Shown here piece after piece: positions 30,006 through 39,582 of a stretch of 64,000 nt of DNA (the stretch's first letter is position 1; the number at the start of each line of letters is the position of its first letter). Made by a program: the position numbers and the translations under genes. This stretch comes from an uncultured Thermoleophilia bacterium (GTDB taxonomy: Bacteria; Actinomycetota; Thermoleophilia; UBA2241). The notes below the pieces were generated by a model. The model saw nothing but the letters and a program-made list of their open reading frames with translations. It was not told where the DNA came from and did not search any database. The stretch covers positions 256,001 through 320,000 of the forward strand of contig CAVPCT010000002.1 of assembly GCA_963702475.1 (NCBI GenBank). The letters are read 5' to 3'.

Positions 30006-30680
30006 GTGGTCCCGCACAGCCGCACAGCAGGCGATCGTGAGGAGGCCGGCCTCGATGCCGGCGTCTTCTCGGTCTGGCTCCGCGACACCGAGGCCGCCTT
30101 GGCCGAGAAACGAGAGGCCGACGTGCCGTGCGGCCCGTGCAACGCCTGCTGCCGGACGTCCCACTACATCCACGTCCGGCCCGAGGACCGCCGCGCGCTC
30201 AAGTGCCTCCCGCGCGCCTATCTGAGCCCGGCCCCCGACCTGCCGCCGGGCAATCTCGTCCTCGGCTTCGACCAGGCCGGCCGCTGCCCCATGCTCGTCG
30301 ACGGCCGCTGCACGATCTATGCCGACCGGCCGCGTGCCTGCCGCACCTACGACTGCCGCATCTACGCGGCCGCCGGTATCGAGGCCGACCGCCCGGACAT
30401 CGACGCACAGGCGCGGCGCTGGCGGTTCACGTTTCCGGCGGCGCGAGACCACGAGGCGTTGGATGCGGTCCGCGCGGCCGTCGCGTTCGTCCGCGCGCAC
30501 CCGGAGGGCTTTCCGAGCGCGGCCGCCCACCGTCAGCCGCTTCGCGTGGCTGTCGTGGCGATAGCCGTCCACGAGCGCTTCCTGGAGCGGCCCCAGCGCC
30601 CCTGGCGTCCGCCCGAGACAGACCGGCGCCGCGTCCGCGCCGTGGCCGACGCCCACGAGCTGCTCTTCGGCGACGGGTGA
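30006..30680 (+). CDS. YkgJ-family cysteine-cluster protein (tandem paralog)
   Basis: CGPCNACC...CPML...CTIYADRPRACRTYDCR. Confidence 0.88.
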   Translation: MVPHSRTAGDREEAGLDAGVFSVWLRDTEAALAEKREADVPCGPCNACCRTSHYIHVRPEDRRALKCLPRAYLSPAPDLPPGNLVLGFDQAGRCPMLVDGRCTIYADRPRACRTYDCRIYAAAGIEADRPDIDAQARRWRFTFPAARDHEALDAVRAAVAFVRAHPEGFPSAAAHRQPLRVAVVAIAVHERFLERPQRPWRPPETDRRRVRAVADAHELLFGDG

Positions 30681-30769
30681 AGCGGGGGGTCGAGAGGCCG
30701 CACCCGACACGCGAGGGCCGCGCGGCGCAGTGACTGCGCACGGCCCTGCAGTTGACCATTGATGCGCCC

Positions 30770-30788
30770 TTGCATAGCATCAATGCAT
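30770..30788. promoter_or_regulatory. Putative operator TTGCATAG-N4-ATGCA upstream of the ord operon
   Basis: TTGCATAGCATCAATGCAT; matches 50898-50916. Confidence 0.5.
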
Positions 30789-31097
30789 CGTCGGCGCCTG
30801 CCGGCGGGCCATGATCGAGCGGAGGAGGCGAAGATGGGCAAAGAGCTCGCGATCCTCGCGCACGACACGGTCGACCAGCCTCCTCCAGCGCGCCTCTCCT
30901 AGCCGCACGCCGCGCGTCGCTCGACGCCGGCGCGGGCTCTCCTGCAGCGGTCGGGCGGTAGTCTCGCTCGCACCCCGTCCGCATCCGCGTGACGCACGGC
31001 TCCGTGCCTGCACGCGCACCGCTGCACGTTCCCCATGCACAAGTGAAACACGGGGCCGCGGCCGTTCTGCCGACCGTCCCGTGGAGAGGAGTCCGAC

Positions 31098-32108
31098 ATG
31101 ATCAAGGTAGCGGAGTGGGGCACCGGCATGATGGGCCAGGGCCTCCTGGGCTACATCCTGGACCGTCCCAGGGACATCGACCTCGTGGGCGTCATCGTCA
31201 CCAGTCCCGCCAAGGAGGGGAAGACGGTCGGCGAGCTGTTGGGCCGCCCGTGTGACGTCAGGATGACGACCGACTTCGAGGCCATCCTGGCGAAGAAGCC
31301 GGACGTCGTCTGCATCAACACCCAGTCCAACCTGGACGAGATCGAGCCGCAGGTCATTCCGGCACTCGAGGCCGGCTGCAACGTCATCTGCATCGCCGAG
31401 AAGCTCTCGTACCCGTGGGCCAGTGACCCCGAGCGCGCCGAGCTGTTCGACCGCACGGCGAAGGAGCACGGCGTCAGCTGCCTCGGCACCGGCATCAACC
31501 CCGGCTTCGTACTGGACGCCCTCATCGTCATGTGGAGCTCCATCTGTCTGCGCGTCGACTCCATCGAAGCGTCGCGCGTCAACGACCTCTCGCCCTTCGG
31601 CCCCACCGTGATGAAGGGGCAGGGCGTGGGGACCACCGTCGAGGAGTTCGAGAGGGGCGTCGCCGACGGCACCATCGTGGGCCACATCGGCTTTCCCGAG
31701 TCCATCATGCTCATCGCCAGGGCGCTGGGCTGGAAGATCGACCGCGTCGAGGAGACGCGCGAGCCCATCGTCACCGAGGTCGAGCGCTCCACGCAGCACG
31801 TGCACGTGCCGGCGGGCTGGGTCGCGGGCTGCAAACAGGTCGGCAAGGGCTACGTCGGCGACGAGCTCAAGATCCACCTCATCCACCCGCAGCAGATCCA
31901 CCCGGAGATGGCCGGCACTGACACCGGCGACTACATCAGGATCACCGGCGACCCTGATGTGAACATGGTCAACTCGCCGGAGGTCCCGGGTGGCAAGGGC
32001 ACCTACGCCAGCACCGGCAACTACATCCCGCTGATGAAGGACGCGCCGGCCGGCATGCTCACCGTGGTCGACATGCCGCTGCCGCGCTTCTGGACGCCGA
32101 CCGCCTGA
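31098..32108 (+). CDS. ord: 2,4-diaminopentanoate dehydrogenase
   Basis: WGTGMMG, GTGINPGFVLD, SRVNDLSPFG, GHIGFPES, PGGKGT; operon context. Confidence 0.92.
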   Translation: MIKVAEWGTGMMGQGLLGYILDRPRDIDLVGVIVTSPAKEGKTVGELLGRPCDVRMTTDFEAILAKKPDVVCINTQSNLDEIEPQVIPALEAGCNVICIAEKLSYPWASDPERAELFDRTAKEHGVSCLGTGINPGFVLDALIVMWSSICLRVDSIEASRVNDLSPFGPTVMKGQGVGTTVEEFERGVADGTIVGHIGFPESIMLIARALGWKIDRVEETREPIVTEVERSTQHVHVPAGWVAGCKQVGKGYVGDELKIHLIHPQQIHPEMAGTDTGDYIRITGDPDVNMVNSPEVPGGKGTYASTGNYIPLMKDAPAGMLTVVDMPLPRFWTPTA

Positions 32109-32168
32109 GCCTCGACCCGTGCGCGCCGGCTGCGGCCGGCGCCCGGCCACCTGAAAGGGGTGTCCGCG

Positions 32169-32501
32169 ATGAGCGATGAGGTCCGCGCCCGCGAGGGCGA
32201 CTGGGTCGAGATCGAGCGCACGTTGCTCGACCCGGCCGACCGCAGCGGCAACCTGCCGCCGGAGACGGCGGACAAGCCGCTCAGGATGTGGGTCAAGGGG
32301 TTCGCCCTGGGCGAAGCCGCCCGGGGCGAAGAGGTCACCATCGAGACGATGACCGGGCGACGGGTAACGGGCACGCTCGCGACCGTCAACCCCGGCTACT
32401 TCATCACCTACGGCAACCCGATCCCCGAGCTGATGCACGTCGGCAGGGACCTGCGCGTCCGGCTCGCCGCCTACCGGCTGGCGGAAGGCGGTGACGTCTG
32501 A
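32169..32501 (+). CDS. ortA: 2-amino-4-ketopentanoate thiolase alpha subunit
   Basis: GDWVEI, PLRMWVKG, TMTGR, NPGY...G...PEL. Confidence 0.92.
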   Translation: MSDEVRAREGDWVEIERTLLDPADRSGNLPPETADKPLRMWVKGFALGEAARGEEVTIETMTGRRVTGTLATVNPGYFITYGNPIPELMHVGRDLRVRLAAYRLAEGGDV

Positions 32502-33913
32502 TGGCCACGCGCTTCGACGCGATCATGGCGCGGCGGGGCGAGATCATGCGCCGCGCCCTCGGCATGGACTACAGCGAGTTCGAGCTCAGCCCCATCGCCT
32601 TCGACTACGAGGGCATGATGGCGGCGCACGGCTACACGCTCGACGAGATCGTCGCGATCCAGACGCGTGCCGGCGTGGGCAACACGCCGCTCCTGGAGCT
32701 GCGTAACCTCACCGACCTGGTGCGCAGCGTGAGCGGACCCGGCATGGGCGCGCGCATCTTCGTCAAGGACGAGGCCGCCAACCTGGCCGGCGCCTTCAAG
32801 GACCGACGCGCCAGCGTGAGCATCCACGTCGCCAGGGCGAAGGGCTACGAGGGCGTGATCGCGGCGACCTCGGGCAACTACGGCGCCGCCGTCGCCAGCC
32901 AGGCGGCGCGCAACAGCCTCAGGTGCATCATCGTCCAGGAGACCTACGACAGCCGTAAGGTCGGCCAGCCGGAGATCCTGGAGAAGGGCCGCATCTGCGA
33001 GTCCTACGGCGCCGAGGTGCTGCAGCTCACCGTCGGCCCCGAGCTGTTCTTCCACATGGTCGAACTGCTCGACGTGACCGGCTACTTCGCCGCTTCGCTG
33101 TACAGCAGTTTCGGTGTGAGCGGCATCGAGACCCTCGGCCTCGAGATCGCCCGCGAGATGACGGAGCTCACGGGGGCGCCCCCGACGCACGTCGTGGTCA
33201 CCCACGCCGGAGGAGGCAACACCACCGGCACGGCCCGCGGCCTCCAGCGTGCCGGCGCCACGAACACGCAGGTCGTCAGCGCCTCGGTGGACCTCAGCGG
33301 GCTGCACATGGCCAGCGACGACGACTTCAACCGCAAGAGCTTCACCACCGGCCACACCGGCTTCGGCGTGCCGTTCGCGACCTGGCCGGACCGCGCCGAC
33401 GTGCCGCGCAACGCGGCCCGGCCGCTGCGCTACATGGACCGCTACCTCACGGTGACGCAGGGCGAGACGTTCTTCGTCACCGAGGCCATGGCCAAGCTCG
33501 AGGGCCTCGAACGCGGCCCGGCCGGCAACACCGCCATGACCGCGGCCGTGAGCCTCGCCCGCGAGCTGCCGCGGGACGCGACGGTCGTCGTGCAGGAGAC
33601 GGAGTACACCGGCGCCGGCAAGCACCACTGGAGCCAGCTCAACTTCGCCAAGCAGATGGGCGTCGAGGTGCGCTCCGGCGACCCGGCCGAGAACCAGCCC
33701 GGCAAGGTCATCGTCATCCCGGAACGCCTGGAGCAGATCCGCGCCAAGGACTTCGACCTCGCGCGTATGCGTCAAAGTTACGTCCGCAACGCGCTCAAGA
33801 ACGCGCCGGAGGGCTACGCGCCGACGGCGGACGACGTGGCGTTCCTGGCGGCGGACACCCATTCTGACACCGCCTCCGTCGAGCGCACGCTGGCCACGCT
33901 CCGGGAGGTGTGA
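32501..33913 (+). CDS. ortB: 2-amino-4-ketopentanoate thiolase beta subunit (PLP)
   Basis: FKDRRA, ATSGNYG, THAGGGN, QETEYTGAGKH. Confidence 0.95.
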   Translation: MATRFDAIMARRGEIMRRALGMDYSEFELSPIAFDYEGMMAAHGYTLDEIVAIQTRAGVGNTPLLELRNLTDLVRSVSGPGMGARIFVKDEAANLAGAFKDRRASVSIHVARAKGYEGVIAATSGNYGAAVASQAARNSLRCIIVQETYDSRKVGQPEILEKGRICESYGAEVLQLTVGPELFFHMVELLDVTGYFAASLYSSFGVSGIETLGLEIAREMTELTGAPPTHVVVTHAGGGNTTGTARGLQRAGATNTQVVSASVDLSGLHMASDDDFNRKSFTTGHTGFGVPFATWPDRADVPRNAARPLRYMDRYLTVTQGETFFVTEAMAKLEGLERGPAGNTAMTAAVSLARELPRDATVVVQETEYTGAGKHHWSQLNFAKQMGVEVRSGDPAENQPGKVIVIPERLEQIRAKDFDLARMRQSYVRNALKNAPEGYAPTADDVAFLAADTHSDTASVERTLATLREV

Positions 33914-33914
33914 G

Positions 33915-34277
33915 ATGTCTCGCGAGGACACCTTCCTCAAGGTGCGCGGTCACCTCGACGGCCTCAGCGACGAAGAGCTGGAGGCCAGGTTCTGGGAGCT
34001 GGCGCGCCAGGTGGTGGACCCGATGATCGCGCTGGCGCGCACGCATACCTCGCCCAGCATCGAGCGCTCGGTGCTGATGCGCATGGGCCTGGACTCGCCG
34101 ACCTGCATGGCGGTCGTCGGCGAGTGCGAGAAGCGCGGCTTGCTGGGGCACGGCGCCGGGCAGGTGGTGCTGCACTGCAGCACCACCTGGGGCTGCACTG
34201 CGCCCGAGGCCGCGCGGCGCCTGGCGGCCGGCGAGGGCTGGGAGCTGGCCGAGCAGAAGTGGGGAGGAGCGCGATGA
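33915..34277 (+). CDS. oraS: D-ornithine 4,5-aminomutase alpha subunit
   Basis: RFWEL, HTSPSIERSVLMRMG, GLLGHGAG. Confidence 0.95.
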   Translation: MSREDTFLKVRGHLDGLSDEELEARFWELARQVVDPMIALARTHTSPSIERSVLMRMGLDSPTCMAVVGECEKRGLLGHGAGQVVLHCSTTWGCTAPEAARRLAAGEGWELAEQKWGGAR

Positions 34278-36481
34278 CCGGCATGCCGCCTCTCTACCCC
34301 GGTGACAAGCTCGACATCGAGGCCCTGCTTCAGGACCTCGAGCACTACCGACCGCGCCGCAAAGGCTGGCACTGGCGCGAGCTCGTCCCCGACCAGCGGC
34401 TCCACAAGTTCGTGTACAAGGAGACCTCGGCCGGTCTCGAGCGCAGCGTCCCGCTGCCGGCCGCGCACTACTTCGGGGACATCGACCCACAGCCCGACTG
34501 CGTCGTCACCACCGAGATCGCCTCCGGCCGCTTCGAGGACGACATCCGCCGCATGCGTATGGCCGCGTGGCACGGTGCCGATCACATGATGGTCATCCGC
34601 ACCGCGGGGCAGAGCCACATGGACGGCCTGCTCGAGGGCACGCCCGAGGGCGTCGGCGGCATCGCCGTCACGCGCAAGCAGGTGCGCGCCACGCGCAAGG
34701 CGCTCGACCTCATCGAGGACGAGGTGGGCCGGCCCATCAACTTCCACTCCTACGTGAGTGGGGTCGCCGGCCCCGAGATGGCCGTCATGTTCGCCGAGGA
34801 GGGCGTCAACGGCGCCCACCAGGACCCGCAGTACAACGTCCTGTACCGCAACATCAACATGTACCGCAGCTTCGTGGACGCAGCCGTGGCCAAGCACGTC
34901 ATGGCGAGCGTACGCATGGCCCAGATCGACGGCGCGCACAACGCCAACGCCACCGCCGTCGAGGCCTGGAACGTGATGCCCGAGCTGCTCGTGCAGCACG
35001 CCATCAACTGCGCCTACTCCGAGGCGGTCGGCATGCCGAGGGAGGACATCTGCCTGAGCACCGTGCCGCCGGACGCGGCCCCGGCGCCGTGCATGCGCAT
35101 GGACCTGCCGTACGCCGTCGCCCTGCGCGACCTCTTCGGCGAGTACAAGATGCGCGCCCAGGAGAACACGCGCTACATGGAGGCCGACGGCCGCGACGCC
35201 ACCGTGAGCCACGTCATGAACCTGATGATCAGCCGGCTCACCAGCGCCGACATCCAGAGCACGATCACTCCGGACGAGGGCCGCAACGTGCCGTGGCACT
35301 ACAACAACGTGGCGGCGGTGAACACGGCCAAGCAGAGCCTCGTGGGCATGGACGGCCTGCGTGAGATGGTCAAGATCGACCGGGACGCGCCGGAGCTCAA
35401 AGCCAAGGTGCGCGAGATCAAGGAGCGCGCCGTCCTGTTCCTCGAGGCGATGCTCAAGGACGGCGGCTACTTCGCCGCCGTGGAGCAGGCGTATTTCGTC
35501 GACTCCGGCATCTACCCTGAGACGCACGACGACGGCATCGCCCGCAAGAGCGACGGCGGCGTGGCGGCGGGGACCATCGTCGAGCGCGCCGCCGACTACC
35601 TGGCGCCGGTGTGCCACCACTTCGGCGAGAACCACCTGCCGGAGGGTTTGGGGCGCGCCTGCGACCTCATCGGCGGCTGCACGCTGTGCGACCCCGACAA
35701 GGTCCCGTTCATCGATGAGCTCGACCCCGATGACAACGTCAACGCGAGGCTGGCCCAGACGGCCGAGCTCCGCGCGAAGGGCCTGCTCAAGCCCGAGGTC
35801 GAGTGGGCCGCCGACGGCTGGGTCGTGGTGACGCTGTTCCTGCCGGCCGCGGCGCGCGTGGCCCAGGCCGCGGCCCTCGAGTTCGGCAGGGCCATGAACC
35901 TGCACGACTGCGAGGTCATCAACACGCAGGTCATGCACCCGGCCGAGGGCACCTACGTCGAGATGAAGGGCCGGCTCGAGGTGGTCGTCGACCCGGCCCG
36001 CCTTGTCATCCCGCCCGAGCCCGTCGTCATGAAGGACGCGGAGCTCAAAGCGTTCGTCACCGGCCACAAGCTCAAGTGCGTGGCCGCGACAGTCGGCGAG
36101 GACGAGCACTCCGTGGGCATGCGCGAGATCATCGACATCAAGCACGGCGGCCTCGAGAAGTGGGGCTTCGCCTGCGAGTACCTGGGCACCAGTGTCCCGG
36201 TCGAGAAGGTCCTGGACGCGGCCGTCGAGCACGCCGCCCAGATCGTCCTCATCAGCACGATCATCACGCACGGCGACATGCACCGCACCAACATGGAGAA
36301 GCTCGCGGACCTGGCCGTGGAGAAGGGCGTGCGGGACGGGCTGCTGCTCATCGCCGGCGGCACCCAGGTCACCGACGAGCTGGCGCGCTCGTGGGGCATG
36401 GACGCCGGCTTCGGGCGTGGCACCAAGGGCATCCACGTGGCCTCGTTCATCGTCGAGACGATGCGTGGGCGGGGGATGTGA
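34274..36481 (+). CDS. oraE: D-ornithine 4,5-aminomutase beta subunit (AdoCbl/PLP)
   Basis: TEIASGRFEDDIRRMRMAAWHGADH; DEHSVG cobalamin motif; DIKHGG PLP lysine. Confidence 0.97.
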   Translation: MTGMPPLYPGDKLDIEALLQDLEHYRPRRKGWHWRELVPDQRLHKFVYKETSAGLERSVPLPAAHYFGDIDPQPDCVVTTEIASGRFEDDIRRMRMAAWHGADHMMVIRTAGQSHMDGLLEGTPEGVGGIAVTRKQVRATRKALDLIEDEVGRPINFHSYVSGVAGPEMAVMFAEEGVNGAHQDPQYNVLYRNINMYRSFVDAAVAKHVMASVRMAQIDGAHNANATAVEAWNVMPELLVQHAINCAYSEAVGMPREDICLSTVPPDAAPAPCMRMDLPYAVALRDLFGEYKMRAQENTRYMEADGRDATVSHVMNLMISRLTSADIQSTITPDEGRNVPWHYNNVAAVNTAKQSLVGMDGLREMVKIDRDAPELKAKVREIKERAVLFLEAMLKDGGYFAAVEQAYFVDSGIYPETHDDGIARKSDGGVAAGTIVERAADYLAPVCHHFGENHLPEGLGRACDLIGGCTLCDPDKVPFIDELDPDDNVNARLAQTAELRAKGLLKPEVEWAADGWVVVTLFLPAAARVAQAAALEFGRAMNLHDCEVINTQVMHPAEGTYVEMKGRLEVVVDPARLVIPPEPVVMKDAELKAFVTGHKLKCVAATVGEDEHSVGMREIIDIKHGGLEKWGFACEYLGTSVPVEKVLDAAVEHAAQIVLISTIITHGDMHRTNMEKLADLAVEKGVRDGLLLIAGGTQVTDELARSWGMDAGFGRGTKGIHVASFIVETMRGRGM

Positions 36482-36579
36482 AGCGCCACATCCCCCGCCC
36501 GATCAGCGGTCCGGCCGCGCGCGGAGAGAACGGCCGCGCGCGGCCGGCCGTGCGTGTCCCGAGCCCGGCCGGGCCGTCC

Positions 36580-36795
36580 TCACGCGTCCCTGTGGTACTT
36601 GAAGGAGACGCTCACTTTGGCGCGGTAGGCGACCACCTTGTTGTCGATGATGTGCATGTCGAGCTTCGTCACCTCCGCCACGCGCAGGTCCTCGAGGTGA
36701 GAGGCTGCCTCCTCCACAGCGATCGTCGCGGCCTCCTCCCAGGACGTGTCGCTCGTACCGATGATCTCGATCACCTTGTAGACGCTGCCGGCCAT
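36580..36795 (-). CDS. Dodecin family protein
   Basis: SVYKVIEIIGTS...SWEEAA...YRAKVSVSFKY. Confidence 0.92.
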   Translation of the reverse strand: MAGSVYKVIEIIGTSDTSWEEAATIAVEEAASHLEDLRVAEVTKLDMHIIDNKVVAYRAKVSVSFKYHRDA

Positions 36796-36958
36796 GGCTC
36801 CTCCTCCGTCGGTGGTGGCTCGTAGTTGCATATCCTCCACCGAACGGCCTCGGATGCAGCGTTGTCGCGCTCGCGGCCTGCTCGCCTCTGCAGGGACGCG
36901 AGTCGGCGCGATGAACTGCCGATACTCGGGAGAAGGCAACGCGGCGAGAGGGGAGTCC

Positions 36959-37456
36959 ATGGCACGGCTGTTCATGATCTTGACCTACATCTTCGGAGGC
37001 GGCGGGGTGGCGCTCGCCTTCTACTTCCTCGGGAGATCCGGCTCCGGCGCGGACGAGGCCATGACCGTCCTCACCCTCTGTCTGTGCGTGGTCGTCGGCG
37101 GCCTGAGCTGGGTGCGTCACTTCCTGCTGTGGAAGAGTGACGCGAAGCTCCTCGGCGTTGCCGGCCAGTCGCCGTTCTTTCACTGGGAGGTCGGCTTCGC
37201 CAACGGCGCGTTCGCCTTGGCCGGCCTGCTGACCTTCGTCCTCGACTGGGGTGTGTACGCCATGGGGGCGGTCGTCCTGGCCTACGCGTTCTACCTGTTG
37301 CAGGCGTCGATCCTGCACGGCTGGCGCTACTTCAGCGGCCAGAGCCGCACGCCTGCGCGTCTGTGGGGGTCGTTCGTCGGTCTCACGGCGATGTGCATCA
37401 TGGTCATCGCAGCGGCGTCCATCGCGATGGCGAACGCCGAGCAGGTGCTGTCCTGA
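36959..37456 (+). CDS. DUF6790-like membrane protein
   Basis: About 5 TM; SPFFHWEVGFANGAF. Confidence 0.7.
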   Translation: MARLFMILTYIFGGGGVALAFYFLGRSGSGADEAMTVLTLCLCVVVGGLSWVRHFLLWKSDAKLLGVAGQSPFFHWEVGFANGAFALAGLLTFVLDWGVYAMGAVVLAYAFYLLQASILHGWRYFSGQSRTPARLWGSFVGLTAMCIMVIAAASIAMANAEQVLS

Positions 37457-37471
37457 CGTGACGCGTGTGCC

Positions 37472-38824
37472 GTGAGTACCGTCCACCGCACACCAGTCGA
37501 CGCCCTGGTCGCCGAGATCGGCTCGACGACGACCGTCGTCTCCGCCTTCGGAGGCCTGCGGGACTGGCCGGCTGCGACGCCCCGGCTGATCGGCCAGGGC
37601 GTCGCCGCGACCACCGTCGCCGAGGGCGACGTCACGGCGGGCCTGGGTGAGGCGCGGGGCCGGCTCGAGGAGGCCGCAGGCCCGCTCGAGCCGGCGGTCA
37701 CGCTGGCCACGAGCTCGGCCGCCGGCGGCCTGCGCATGACCGTGCACGGCCTCACCCAGAAGATGACGGCCATGGCCGCGCGCGAGGCCGCGCTGGGGGC
37801 CGGCGCGGTGGTCAAGTACCAGACCGCCGGGCGCCTGCGCGATCGCGATCTGCGGCGCATCGAGGAGGTGGCCCCCAATCTGGTCCTGCTCGCCGGAGGC
37901 GTGGAGGGCGGCGACTGCGACACGGTGCTCCACAACGCGGAGCGCCTCGCCGAGCTGAGACTCAGGCCGATCGTCGTATACGCCGGCAACTCGGTCGTCC
38001 GTGCCGATGCACGGGAGCTGCTGGAACGCGCCGGCTTCACGGTGCGGCCCACGAGCAACGTCTATCCGGCCATCGACGAGCTCGACATCGTGCCGGCACG
38101 GGCGGTCATCCACGACGCCTTCGAGGAGCACATCATCCACGCTCCGGGCATGGAGCGCATCGGGGAGATCGTAGACGGGCGCATCCTGCCCACGCCGGGG
38201 GCGGTGCTGATCGCCGCCGAGCTGCTCGCCGCCGAGGTCGGGGACCTCGTCGTGGTCGATGTCGGCGGCGCCACCACCGACGTCCACTCGGTCACCGACG
38301 GCAGCCTCGAGCTCGCGGCCCTCATGACCGAGCCGCAGCCGCACAGCAAGCGCACCGTGGAGGGCGACCTCGGCACCTACGTCAGCGCGCCGCACGTGGT
38401 GGAGATGCTGGAGTCGCAGAAGAGGCCGGTTCACCTGCCGCCGGCGCTGCCGCGCACGCCGGAGGAGGTCGCGGCGGCGCTCACGCTCACGCACTTCGCC
38501 GCCGTGACCGCCGTGCAGCGCCACGCCGGCGAGCTCTCGTACCTGTACACGCCTTCGGGGCGCCAGACGGTGGCCCGCGGGCGCGACCTGACGGCCTGCC
38601 GCCTGCTGGTCGGCACCGGCGGAGCGCTCACGCGTCTGCCGGGCGGCGAGGGTGTCCTCGCGGACGCGCGCGCGAGAGACGGGGGCGGGCAGCGCCTGCT
38701 GCCTCCGCCGGACGCGCGCATCGCCCTCGACCGGGACTACGTCTTCGCCTGCGGCGGCGCTCTGCTGTCGCACTTCGAGGCCGGCGCCGTGCTGAGCCTG
38801 CTGGTCCGCAGCGCCGGCCTCTGA
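37472..38824 (+). CDS. GlmL/MutL-like ornithine aminomutase reactivating factor (ASKHA ATPase)
   Basis: VAEIGSTTT, SSAAGGL, DVGGATTDVHS, KRTVEGDLG, GTGG. Confidence 0.88.
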   Translation: MSTVHRTPVDALVAEIGSTTTVVSAFGGLRDWPAATPRLIGQGVAATTVAEGDVTAGLGEARGRLEEAAGPLEPAVTLATSSAAGGLRMTVHGLTQKMTAMAAREAALGAGAVVKYQTAGRLRDRDLRRIEEVAPNLVLLAGGVEGGDCDTVLHNAERLAELRLRPIVVYAGNSVVRADARELLERAGFTVRPTSNVYPAIDELDIVPARAVIHDAFEEHIIHAPGMERIGEIVDGRILPTPGAVLIAAELLAAEVGDLVVVDVGGATTDVHSVTDGSLELAALMTEPQPHSKRTVEGDLGTYVSAPHVVEMLESQKRPVHLPPALPRTPEEVAAALTLTHFAAVTAVQRHAGELSYLYTPSGRQTVARGRDLTACRLLVGTGGALTRLPGGEGVLADARARDGGGQRLLPPPDARIALDRDYVFACGGALLSHFEAGAVLSLLVRSAGL

Positions 38825-38925
38825 CCCGCCGGTCGGGCGAGCAGAGCTGCTTCGCCCGGCCCGCCTTCCCCTCAAGCTCGCCTCCGCTGCCGCCGATAGC
38901 CCCCACAGTCGAGAGGGAGGGGACA

Positions 38926-39435
38926 GTGAGTACTATCATCGTCATCGTCGTCGCGCTCGTCGTCGCGACGATCCACCTGTACGTCAGCAAGCAGCCGCGT
39001 ACCGCCCGTCGCAAGCTGGACCTCTACCTGTTGTACACGCTCGTCGTGGGCGTGGGCGCAGGAGGGCTGTTCGGGGCCATGGGGCATCTCTTCGCGCCCG
39101 ATCGGGTGGCGGAGCAACTCGGCTGGGCGACCGGGAGCCCGTTCCAGACCGAGGTCGGTCTCTTCGACCTGGCCTTCGGCGTGCTCGGCATCTGCTGCAT
39201 CTGGATCCGCGGTCAGTGGTGGTACGCGGTGACGGTCGGCTGGACGGTGTTCGCAGTCGGCGCCGGCATCAACCACCTGCTGCTCACGGGGGAGGCTCAG
39301 GGCGGCGCCCTGAACGCCGGTTCGGTGCTCCCGGACCTCATCGTCCCGGCACTGCTCATCGTGCTGCTCGTCGTCCGTCACCGACTCGCCGGCTCCGCCC
39401 GCACCGCAGGGGCCGGCGCGCTCACCCAGTCCTGA
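38926..39435 (+). CDS. DUF6790-like membrane protein
   Basis: GHLF...A..LGW..GSPFQTEVG. Confidence 0.75.
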   Translation: MSTIIVIVVALVVATIHLYVSKQPRTARRKLDLYLLYTLVVGVGAGGLFGAMGHLFAPDRVAEQLGWATGSPFQTEVGLFDLAFGVLGICCIWIRGQWWYAVTVGWTVFAVGAGINHLLLTGEAQGGALNAGSVLPDLIVPALLIVLLVVRHRLAGSARTAGAGALTQS

Positions 39436-39582
39436 CGCGTCCCGGACGTGACTGCAGTGTCCGCCCCCTCGCTGACTTGCTGCACCGCCGGTGACGCCGC
39501 CTCCTGCGCTTCCCCTTGGTTCCGTCGAATCCGTCCTCGCGGTGTGTGATGCTTGCACTCCCTTGGGGCATCCACTCTGCAC

